Below are positions 40,472 through 47,634 of a DNA stretch of 64,000 nt, piece after piece (within the stretch, counting starts at the first letter, position 1; each line of letters begins with the position of its first letter). Under the pieces are notes generated by a model. It did not search any database and was not told the origin of the DNA. It saw only the letters and a list, made by a program, of their open reading frames with translations. Both the position numbers and the translations under genes were made by a program. The DNA is from Coriobacteriia bacterium (GTDB taxonomy: Bacteria; Actinomycetota; Coriobacteriia; Anaerosomatales; SLCP01), in NCBI GenBank assembly GCA_030603745.1, contig JAUVXE010000003.1:131923-195922 (forward strand), written 5' to 3'.

Positions 40472-40486
40472 AGGGAGGCGTTGCAG

Positions 40487-41308
40487 ATGGCAGCGGTCAA
40501 GGAAGCCGGCACGCCCATCGAGGGCTACATACAGGTCGACCCCGAGGTCACCCGCGACGGCGACGTCGTCACGATCGACTGCCGGGGCATCTACTACAAG
40601 CACGTCAACGAGGCCGTGCGCTCCGCGTTCGCCGAGGGAGCGACCACCGTGCGCCTCACGAACGTCAACGGCCAGCGCTACATCGGCACCGGGATCTCGG
40701 GCAAGGGGCTGCGCATCGAGGTCGAGGGCACCGCGGGGCAGGACCTCGCGATGTTCATGGACGGCCCCACGGTCGAGATCTTCGGCAACGCGCAGGACGG
40801 CGTGGGCAACACCATGAACGCCGGCACCGTGGTCGTGCACGGCGACGCCGGGGACGTGCTCGGCTACGGCATGCGCGGCGGGACCGTGCTCGTGCGCGGT
40901 GACGTGGGCTACCGCGTGGGGATCCACATGAAGGCCTACGAGGGCCACGTGCCGGTCATGGTGTGCGGCGGCAAGGCGCGCGACTTCTTCGGCGAGTACA
41001 TGGCGGGCGGGATGCTCGTGTTGCTCGGCATGGACACGCGGATCGAGGGCCCGCTCGTGGGCGGATACGTTGGGACCGGCATGCACGGCGGCGTCATCTA
41101 CCTGCGCGGCGAGGTCGAGCCGTGGCAGTGCGGCAAGGAGGTCGGCATCTTCCCGGCTGACGAGGCCGACATGAAGCAGCTCAGGCCCGCGCTCGAGCGC
41201 TACTGCGAGGCGTTCGGGGTCGAGCTCGCCGAGGTGCTCTCGGTGCCGTTCACCAAGCTCGTGCCGATCAGCCATCGTCCGTACGGGAAGCTGTATACGT
41301 ACGTGTAG
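40487..41308 (+). CDS. glutamate synthase GXGXG (C-terminal beta-helix) domain protein
   Basis: The repeats GTAGQDLAMFMDG..VEIFGNAQDGVGNTMNAGTVVVHGDAGDVLGYGMRGGTVLVRGDVGYRVG are present. The ATG at 40487 lies 8 nt after GAGGGAGG; the track start (TTG at 40481) is the alternative. Confidence 0.85.
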   Translation: MAAVKEAGTPIEGYIQVDPEVTRDGDVVTIDCRGIYYKHVNEAVRSAFAEGATTVRLTNVNGQRYIGTGISGKGLRIEVEGTAGQDLAMFMDGPTVEIFGNAQDGVGNTMNAGTVVVHGDAGDVLGYGMRGGTVLVRGDVGYRVGIHMKAYEGHVPVMVCGGKARDFFGEYMAGGMLVLLGMDTRIEGPLVGGYVGTGMHGGVIYLRGEVEPWQCGKEVGIFPADEADMKQLRPALERYCEAFGVELAEVLSVPFTKLVPISHRPYGKLYTYV

Positions 41309-41362
41309 GCACGCCGAGGGGGCCTGCCGTGAAGGTCTCCTTGCTCAGACAGTCCTCACTTC

Positions 41363-41389
41363 GAAGGGCCGCCCGGTGGGCGGCCCTTC
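41363..41389 (+). terminator. GC-rich hairpin GAAGGGCCGCCC-ggt-GGGCGGCCCTTC downstream of the glt operon
   Basis: A perfect 12-bp stem 55 nt after the stop, followed by TCTCG with no long T tract. Identical arms recur at 58998-59027. Confidence 0.5.
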
Positions 41390-41572
41390 TCGCTGCGGAA
41401 CTCGCCGGAGACCTCCCCGCCAGGCCCGGGGCGCGCGAGTGCGTGTGTGGCGCGCGCGGGGGCGGCGGGCGGTGCGTGCTGGCGGCTTACGCAGACTGTG
41501 TATGGTGCCGTATGTGGCATACTCACGCTGGGGATTCGGGGTTAGACCCACGTCAGACACAGGGGGGGTTCT

Positions 41573-41908
41573 ATGGCAGTCCAGATCGTACCGCTCATCA
41601 AAGCACTCGGACCCATCGTCGCCGCAATCGCTGACTCGGCGATTCCTGCCTTCACCGCACACAAGTCCCAGGCGGCCAAGGAGGATCCCGTGCTTGCGCG
41701 GCAGATCAAGGAGCTGCAGGACGCCTCCACGGCAAACGCTGAAGAGATGAAGGCGCTGGCCGAGCACCTTCAGGTCTTCATCGCCACCGCAGATGAGGCG
41801 GCGGCGGTCGTGGAACGCAAGATAGCCACGTACAGGATGCTGCTCTTTGTCAGTTTGGGGGTGGCTGGAATCTCTCTGGTGCTTGCGATCGTCGCACTGG
41901 CGGGATGA
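41573..41908 (+). CDS. hypothetical 111-aa protein: hydrophobic N-terminus, central coiled coil, C-terminal TM helix
   Basis: The ATG follows a G-rich SD (CAGGGGGGG). The C-terminal LLFVSLGVAGISLVLAIVALAG is a TM segment. GC is lower than in neighbouring genes. I recognise no family. Confidence 0.5.
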   Translation: MAVQIVPLIKALGPIVAAIADSAIPAFTAHKSQAAKEDPVLARQIKELQDASTANAEEMKALAEHLQVFIATADEAAAVVERKIATYRMLLFVSLGVAGISLVLAIVALAG

Positions 41909-42127
41909 CGTGTTGCACGCATAGTTGGGGCGCATGGAGGTGCTGACGTCGCCCCAAGCTCGCTCGGGGTCTAACCAGCGCATCGAGCAGAACGCCACAA
42001 GCTAGAATCGACCTGAGAGCGCATGCGCGTCTGCTCATGCGCCAACACGTTAGACCTGGCATCTCGGACCCAGGGCCGAGTGACTGGTATCTTATGAGTT
42101 GCGCCATTGATTCGCTGCTGACGACCG

Positions 42128-42832
42128 ATGGGGAGCACACGTATGGCGAAGTTCCTGAACACTAGCGCCACCAACTACTATCTTGAGGAACTCATCAAGG
42201 GTACGAGACAGCACCTGATAATCATCAGCCCGTTCCTCAAGTTCAACGACCGCATCAAGGAGCTCCTCGCGGATCTCGACCGCATGAAGATTGACATCCG
42301 CATCGTCTATGGCAAGAGCGAGCTGGCCCCTCAGGAGATCAACTGGCTGCGTTCTCTTGAGTTCGTGCGGACGAGCTTCTGTCAGCACTTGCATGCGAAG
42401 TGCTACATCAATGAACAGTCCGCAATCATAACGTCGATGAATCTCTACGACTTCAGCCAGGTCAACAACAACGAGATGGGCGTCTACATCGAGCGCGATG
42501 CGGAGCCGGAACTGTACGGTGACGCATACGAGGAGGCTCAGCGTCTGATTCGCGTGAGCGAACCGGTGCGATTGGCGGCCGACAAGGTTGAGGATACTCC
42601 GAAGGACATCGGGGATCCCAAGGAGTACGAGAAGATCACCACGTCGAACCTCGCGAAATCCCTTGGAATCAGTACCAGTGAGTTGACTGAGCATCTGATT
42701 GCGAAGGGACTGCTCGTTCGCGACGGGAAGCAGTTCAAGCTGACCGATGCCGGAAAGCAGGTCGGTGGGGAGTTCAAGTTCTCGAAGAGGTTCGGCCCCT
42801 ATTTCATCTGGCCCAGAGGCATGCAGGTCTAG
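42128..42832 (+). CDS. single-HKD phospholipase D-family (Nuc/BfiI-like) nuclease with a C-terminal HTH-like domain
   Basis: The HKD motif is LHAKCYINEQSAIITSMNLYDFS, preceded by LIIISPFL and IDIRIVYG (PLD fold). The C-terminal part has LAKSLGISTSELTEHLIAKGLLVRDGK. Codon usage is visibly richer in A/T than the host. The likelier start is ATG 42143, after GGGGAG. Confidence 0.75.
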   Translation: MGSTRMAKFLNTSATNYYLEELIKGTRQHLIIISPFLKFNDRIKELLADLDRMKIDIRIVYGKSELAPQEINWLRSLEFVRTSFCQHLHAKCYINEQSAIITSMNLYDFSQVNNNEMGVYIERDAEPELYGDAYEEAQRLIRVSEPVRLAADKVEDTPKDIGDPKEYEKITTSNLAKSLGISTSELTEHLIAKGLLVRDGKQFKLTDAGKQVGGEFKFSKRFGPYFIWPRGMQV

Positions 42833-42879
42833 CCTCGCACCCTCATCCGCACACTCGCCACCCGAGACGGAAACACCAA

Positions 42880-43374
42880 ATGACCTCGCCCAACCTCAGC
42901 GCACTCGACTCCGCCGTCCGGCACCTGCTCGGGCAGCCGTCGTTCGCCGCGACGCTCGCCGACCTCGAGCGCGAGCTCGCGAACTCGACGGCGACCTTCG
43001 TCTGGGCGACGGTCGACCTTGACTCGATCCCGGCCGAGCTTCCCGGCGAGATCGAGTCCGGCTGGATCTTCCACCTGCGGCGCGACGTGCCCTCGGGCGC
43101 CCACTACCACCCCAACAGCATCCAGCACATGACGCTCGTGGCCGGCGGGGGCGAGGCCGTCCTCGGCGGGGAGCGCTCTGCGATGGTGCCGTTCGACGCA
43201 CCCGCGCCGGTGGAGGAGCGCTGGATCGTCATCGGGGAGGGCGTCCCTCACGAGTTCGTCCCCACGGGCGGCGACATGACGGTCGTCTCGTTCCACACCT
43301 GTGGCGCCGAGGAGCTCGAGGAGGTCGAGTGCGACTCCGGTCACCTGCGGCACTACGAGGGGCCGGAGGCCTGA
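42880..43374 (+). CDS. cupin domain protein, function unknown
   Basis: SGAHYHPNSIQHMTLVAGGGE...GVPHEF resembles the two cupin motifs. Confidence 0.6.
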   Translation: MTSPNLSALDSAVRHLLGQPSFAATLADLERELANSTATFVWATVDLDSIPAELPGEIESGWIFHLRRDVPSGAHYHPNSIQHMTLVAGGGEAVLGGERSAMVPFDAPAPVEERWIVIGEGVPHEFVPTGGDMTVVSFHTCGAEELEEVECDSGHLRHYEGPEA

Positions 43375-43416
43375 CCCCGCGCGGAATCCCCGACGCTCTC
43401 GGCTCCAGCGCGCGAC

Positions 43417-43953
43417 TCACCCGCGAAGCAGCTCCAGGAGCTTGCGGGTGGTGTTGCAGTTCCGGATGGTGACCCGGGCGTAGAGCGGGGTGCCCACGAT
43501 CCGCTGCAGCCGGCTCCGGGTGGCGTCCTTGCGGTCCACCCGCCAGATCACGGCGCCGGGCACGTAGCGGGCGTCCTCGATCCCGGGCCGAGGCCCCAGC
43601 TCGTCGAGCACCTCCGCCCGGTCCACGTCGGGCTGCAGGAACACCACGTCGCACTTCGCCGAGTCGTCGTTCTTCCACGCCGAGGGCAGGGCATCGACGA
43701 TCGCCGCCATCTCCTCGGCGGTGCGAAGCTGGATCTCGGTCCGCACGCCGGTCGCCTCGAGCACCGCGTCCACGAGCATCGCCGCCAGGCCGGCGCGATC
43801 CTCGGCATCCGTGGTGAAGAGCACGTTGCCCGTGTTGATGTAGGTCGTGACCTCGGCCATCCCGGCGCGCTCGAAAGCCTGCCGCAGCTCGGCCATGGTG
43901 ACCTTGTTCGCGCCGCCGACGTTGACGCCGCGCAGCAGTGCCAGGTATCTCAT
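43417..43953 (-). CDS. DUF1697 domain protein
   Basis: MRYLALLRGVNVGGANKVTMAELR...YINTGNVLF is the family N-terminal signature. Confidence 0.85.
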   Translation of the reverse strand: MRYLALLRGVNVGGANKVTMAELRQAFERAGMAEVTTYINTGNVLFTTDAEDRAGLAAMLVDAVLEATGVRTEIQLRTAEEMAAIVDALPSAWKNDDSAKCDVVFLQPDVDRAEVLDELGPRPGIEDARYVPGAVIWRVDRKDATRSRLQRIVGTPLYARVTIRNCNTTRKLLELLRG

Positions 43954-43991
43954 AGGGGTAGCCTACCCGCTCCGCCTCACCGGGAGACGCC

Positions 43992-44357
43992 ATGACGGAC
44001 CACCGCCTGTTCTCGATGCCGTTCGCGAAGGTCTACCCGCTCTACGTCCAGAAGGCCGAGCGCAAAGGGCGCACCTCGGACGAGGTCGACCACCTCATCT
44101 TCTGGCTCACCGGATACGACCGGTCAGGCCTCGAGCGCCACCTCGCCGAGGAGTCCGACCTGCGGACGTTCTTCGAGCAGGCGCCGGCGTTCAACCCGGA
44201 CAGCTCGCTCATCACCGGCGTGGTGTGCGGCGTTCGCGTCGAGGAGGTCGAGGACCCGCTGATGCGCAAGATCCGCTACCTCGACAAGCTGGTTGACGAG
44301 CTCGCGCGGGGGAAAGCACTGGAGAGGATCGTGCGTAAGGCCCCGGAGGGCTCGTAG
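43992..44357 (+). CDS. DUF2200 domain protein
   Basis: [32 protein letters not shown] is the family signature. Confidence 0.85.
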   Translation: MTDHRLFSMPFAKVYPLYVQKAERKGRTSDEVDHLIFWLTGYDRSGLERHLAEESDLRTFFEQAPAFNPDSSLITGVVCGVRVEEVEDPLMRKIRYLDKLVDELARGKALERIVRKAPEGS

Positions 44358-44400
44358 GCCCGGACCCGCGGGGCGTCCGCCGCTTCACCGGGAGGTCCAC

Positions 44401-44973
44401 ATGCGCCAGCTCATCTACTCCGCACTGCTCTCCGTCGATGGCCTCATCGACGCCGCCGACGGCGACTCCGCCTGGGCCACGCCCGATCCGGAGCTCCACC
44501 GCCACTTCAACGAGCTTGACCGCACCATGGGCGCCCACCTCTACGGGCGACGCATGTACGAGTTGATGGCCGCGTACTGGCCCACCGCCGACGAGCAGCC
44601 GGGGGCGCCGGACTACGAGGCGGAGTACGCTCGCATCTGGAAGGCGCTGCCCAAGGTCGTCTTCTCCAAGACGCTCGACCGCGTCGAGTGGAACGCGCGT
44701 CTCGTCGCAAGCGATGCCGCCGAGGAGGTCGCGCGGCTCAAGCAGCTGCCCGGCGGGCCGCTCGGGGTGGGGGGCGCCGAGCTCGCGACGTCGCTCGCGC
44801 GTGCCGGCCTCATCGACGAGTACCGCTTCTACGTGATGCCGGTAATCGTGGGGTCGGGGCGGCCGATGTTCGGTCCCCTCGGCGAGCATATCGACCTCGA
44901 GCCACTGGAGGTGCGGCGGTTCGGGTCCGGCGCCGTGCTCCTGCGATACCGCGCGTCGGCGGCGGGCGGGTAG
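44401..44973 (+). CDS. dihydrofolate reductase family protein (RibD C-terminal domain-like)
   Basis: MRQLIYSALLSVDG...YGRRMYELMAAYWP...LGVGGAELATSL...GLIDEYRFYVMPVIVGSG. Confidence 0.8.
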   Translation: MRQLIYSALLSVDGLIDAADGDSAWATPDPELHRHFNELDRTMGAHLYGRRMYELMAAYWPTADEQPGAPDYEAEYARIWKALPKVVFSKTLDRVEWNARLVASDAAEEVARLKQLPGGPLGVGGAELATSLARAGLIDEYRFYVMPVIVGSGRPMFGPLGEHIDLEPLEVRRFGSGAVLLRYRASAAGG

Positions 44974-45014
44974 CCGCGCCCGTGCGTCACGGCCGCGCCC
45001 TTGCGCGCAGCCGC

Positions 45015-45336
45015 TATACTGGACACACGAATCGGCTCGATCCCCCTGGAGGACGCGCGCATGCAGTCCGCACGGCTCCGCTAGTACGCCGGCCGCCCAT
45101 CCGAGGCGGCACGCGAGGCCCCGGGACCGGGGTCTCTTCGGCGTACCTACCGGAGTCGAACATGAGCCGCCACCTTCTCTCGCCCGCCCGCGCGTCGCAG
45201 GCATCGGCGAGCACCACACCCAACCGATAGCTGACCGGTCGTCGCCTTGCGCGCGATCCGGTCGGTCGTGTGCGCGCACCCGTTGCGCGCGCCGGATCCC
45301 CGCACGGGCGATGACCCTCGGCCAAGAGGAGTCATC
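45015..45336 (+). promoter_or_regulatory. candidate promoter (-10 TATACT at 45015-45020) plus an approximately 310-nt structured 5' leader with short uORFs upstream of the RlmN/Cfr-like gene
   Basis: - A Y-shaped set of nested stems: 45084-45090 pairs with 45140-45146 and encloses two hairpins.
- A 22-codon uORF at 45162-45230, with GGAG 6 nt upstream.
- Three copies of the self-complementary TGCGCGC (45247-45292).
- A hairpin CGATGAC...GTCATCG (45309-45337) that encloses the SD AAGAGGAG and the first base of the GTG start. Confidence 0.35.
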
Positions 45337-46356
45337 GTGCCTATCCGTCAACCCCACAGCGTCTACGACCTCGAGTTCGACGCGCTCGCCGAGGCCCTCG
45401 GGTCCGCCCGCGATGCCGCGCGCGTGTTCGAGGCGCTCTACCGCGAGCGACGCCCCGTTCCCCGCGAGCTGCTCGTACGTCTTGCGCCCGCCGTGCCCTC
45501 GGGGCTGCGCTCCGTTTCGCGCCAGCAGGGCAGCATGTCGACCAAGCACCTCTTCGAACTCGCCGAGGAGGGCGGGCGCGACAGCGCCGCGATCGAGTCG
45601 GTGCGCATCACTCGGCGGACCGGAGCGACCGCGTGCGTGTCGTCGCAGGCCGGCTGCGCGGTGCGGTGCGCCTTCTGCGCGTCCGGGGCGCAGGGGCTCG
45701 CGCGCGACCTGACGGCCGGGGAGATCGTCGAGCAGGTGATCGCGCTCGGCGCGGGCGTGAACCGGGTCGTGTACATGGGAGTGGGGGAGCCGCTCCACAA
45801 CCTCGACGCCGTGCTCACGTCGATGCGCATCCTGCGCGACCGCCGAGGGCTCGCGCTGCCCACCTCGGCGATGACGCTCTCGACGGTCGGCGATCCGGCC
45901 GGGCTCGCGCGCCTGCGCGAGGTCCACATGCGGCTCAACCTGACGATCTCGCTCCATGCCACCCGCGACGAGGTGCGTCATCGGCTCATGCCGGGTACCG
46001 CGCGCCACGGCGTCGAGGACGTGGTGGGAGCGGCGCAGGCGTGGTCGCGGCGGCACCGGCGGCCCGTGACCTACGCCTATCTGGTACTGCCCGGCGTGAA
46101 CGACTCGCGGGCCGACGCGCGCCGGCTCGCGCGCTGGTTCGCGCACGGAGACGGCCGCGTGAACCTCATGCGCTGCAACCCGGGCGTGAGCGGCGCGGCG
46201 ATGCCGGTCGCAGCCGACCGCGACCTGCACCGGATGCTCGAGGCGCTCCGGTCGCGCGGGGTCGAGGCGGGCGTGCGCGACACTCAGGGCCTCGACGTGC
46301 AGGCCGCGTGCGGGCAGCTGCGGCTTCGGCGGCAGACGCGTGGCGGCGGGAGGTGA
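45337..46356 (+). CDS. RlmN/Cfr family radical SAM 23S rRNA (adenine-C2/C8) methyltransferase
   Basis: ATACVSSQAGCAVRCAFCASG (CxxxCxxC cluster plus the upstream Cys), MGVGEPLHN, and the C-terminal catalytic Cys context VQAACGQL. GTG start at 45337. Confidence 0.85.
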   Translation: MPIRQPHSVYDLEFDALAEALGSARDAARVFEALYRERRPVPRELLVRLAPAVPSGLRSVSRQQGSMSTKHLFELAEEGGRDSAAIESVRITRRTGATACVSSQAGCAVRCAFCASGAQGLARDLTAGEIVEQVIALGAGVNRVVYMGVGEPLHNLDAVLTSMRILRDRRGLALPTSAMTLSTVGDPAGLARLREVHMRLNLTISLHATRDEVRHRLMPGTARHGVEDVVGAAQAWSRRHRRPVTYAYLVLPGVNDSRADARRLARWFAHGDGRVNLMRCNPGVSGAAMPVAADRDLHRMLEALRSRGVEAGVRDTQGLDVQAACGQLRLRRQTRGGGR

Positions 46357-46377
46357 GCGCCGTCCCCGGACGGCCGC

Positions 46378-47631
46378 CTACGCCGGGCCGCCGCCGTAGC
46401 GCTCGCGCAGGAACCGCGCGACGTTCCCGGGGCCGTCCCACTCGCCGAGCAGGCCCGCGACCCGCTCGGCGTTCGCGCGGTAGCCGGGCTCGGTGAGCAG
46501 CGCGTCGAGGGCCGAGCCGATGCGCGCGACCGAGAGCTCGCGCTTGCGCAGGCGGATCGCGCACCCCTGGCGCGCGTAGAACTCGACGTTCATCTCCTGT
46601 TCCGGCTGCAGTCCCACGCCGAGGAACGGCGTCCCGGAGAGCGCCGCCGTCTGCACGGTGCCCTCACCGCCATGGATGAACGCGACGTCGGCGAGCGGGT
46701 TGACCTTGTGGGCGGGGAGCCAGTCGGTGACGAGTACGCGGTCGGGCAGCGTCGGCACGTCGTTCCCGAGGTGGCGCCTGACCGGCGCGATCACGCGGTA
46801 GGGGAGCTCGGCCAAAGCGAGCAGCGCCCGTCGCAGCACCTTCGCATTGGCCGAGGAGCCCATCGCGAAGTAGACCACCGGCAGGTCGCGCGGCATCTCG
46901 AGGATCTCGGCGGGCACCTCGCCGTCGAGCCGTGCGAACACGGGGCCCACGTAGCGGTAGGGGGCGGGAAGCTCGGGCTCGCCGACGATCTCGGGCGTGT
47001 TCGCGACGAGCATCTCGTCGGCGTCGAGGAACTCCACCATCCGGCTCCACCTCGGCGTGCCCACCGTGTCCGCGACGCGATTGAGCCTGCCGAGCAGCAT
47101 CCGCGAGCGGCGGCCCCAGCCGTTGAAGGCGCGGTCGAGCGTCCGTTGCGGCAGCCAGGTGAACGGCGGCACGCTGAGCGCGTCGGGCCAGATCCCCATT
47201 CGCAGGTCGAAGAAGGCGCGGGTGAGCGCGATGGGGGTGACGGCCACGAGCGGAAGCTTCGCCGCGCGGGCCGAGTAGTAGGTGCTGAGCGTGAAGCCGA
47301 TGACGATGGCGGCCGGCTGCAGGCGCTCGAAGAGGGCGAGCTCGGCGTTCACCCGCGAGACGAGCTCGTCGTGGGTGAAGAACCGACCGCCCCACTCGAG
47401 GCGGTCGGCCCGCATCAGCTCCTCGGTACGCTCGGGCGTGAGGCGCGGCTCGAGGGTGTGGCACGGGAAGCCCGCCTCGGCGATGAGGTGCTCGTACTCG
47501 CCCCCGTAGCCGTAGAAGTGACACTCGAAGCTGCCCGTGCAGGCGCGCGCGACCTCGATCATGCGCGTGGTCTCGGCGATGTTGAGCGTCTCGGGCCCAA
47601 AGAGCAGTATCGGCAGCGCGGTGTGCGACAT
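46378..47631 (-). CDS. GT1-family (UDP-glycosyltransferase/MGT-like) glycosyltransferase
   Basis: The C-terminal nucleotide-sugar motif is FIHGGEGTVQTAALSGTPFLGVGLQPEQEMN, and the length (417 aa) fits a GT-B fold. Confidence 0.75.
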   Translation of the reverse strand: MSHTALPILLFGPETLNIAETTRMIEVARACTGSFECHFYGYGGEYEHLIAEAGFPCHTLEPRLTPERTEELMRADRLEWGGRFFTHDELVSRVNAELALFERLQPAAIVIGFTLSTYYSARAAKLPLVAVTPIALTRAFFDLRMGIWPDALSVPPFTWLPQRTLDRAFNGWGRRSRMLLGRLNRVADTVGTPRWSRMVEFLDADEMLVANTPEIVGEPELPAPYRYVGPVFARLDGEVPAEILEMPRDLPVVYFAMGSSANAKVLRRALLALAELPYRVIAPVRRHLGNDVPTLPDRVLVTDWLPAHKVNPLADVAFIHGGEGTVQTAALSGTPFLGVGLQPEQEMNVEFYARQGCAIRLRKRELSVARIGSALDALLTEPGYRANAERVAGLLGEWDGPGNVARFLRERYGGGPA

Positions 47632-47634
47632 CGG

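Noticed and set aside
38969-41275. 768-aa minus-strand ORF opposite the glutamate synthase FMN and GXGXG genes.
   Set aside because: The reasoning is the same: the plus-strand products have clear GltS motifs, and the antisense product is compositional noise.
41329-41998. ORFs 41329-41634 (+, 101 aa) and 41345-41998 (-, 217 aa) at the left edge of the islet.
   Set aside because: Both run through the terminator hairpin and GC-rich non-coding sequence. They have Arg/Cys/Gly-rich or otherwise implausible translations and no SD. The 41573-41908 plus-strand ORF has an SD and a coherent membrane/coiled-coil sequence.
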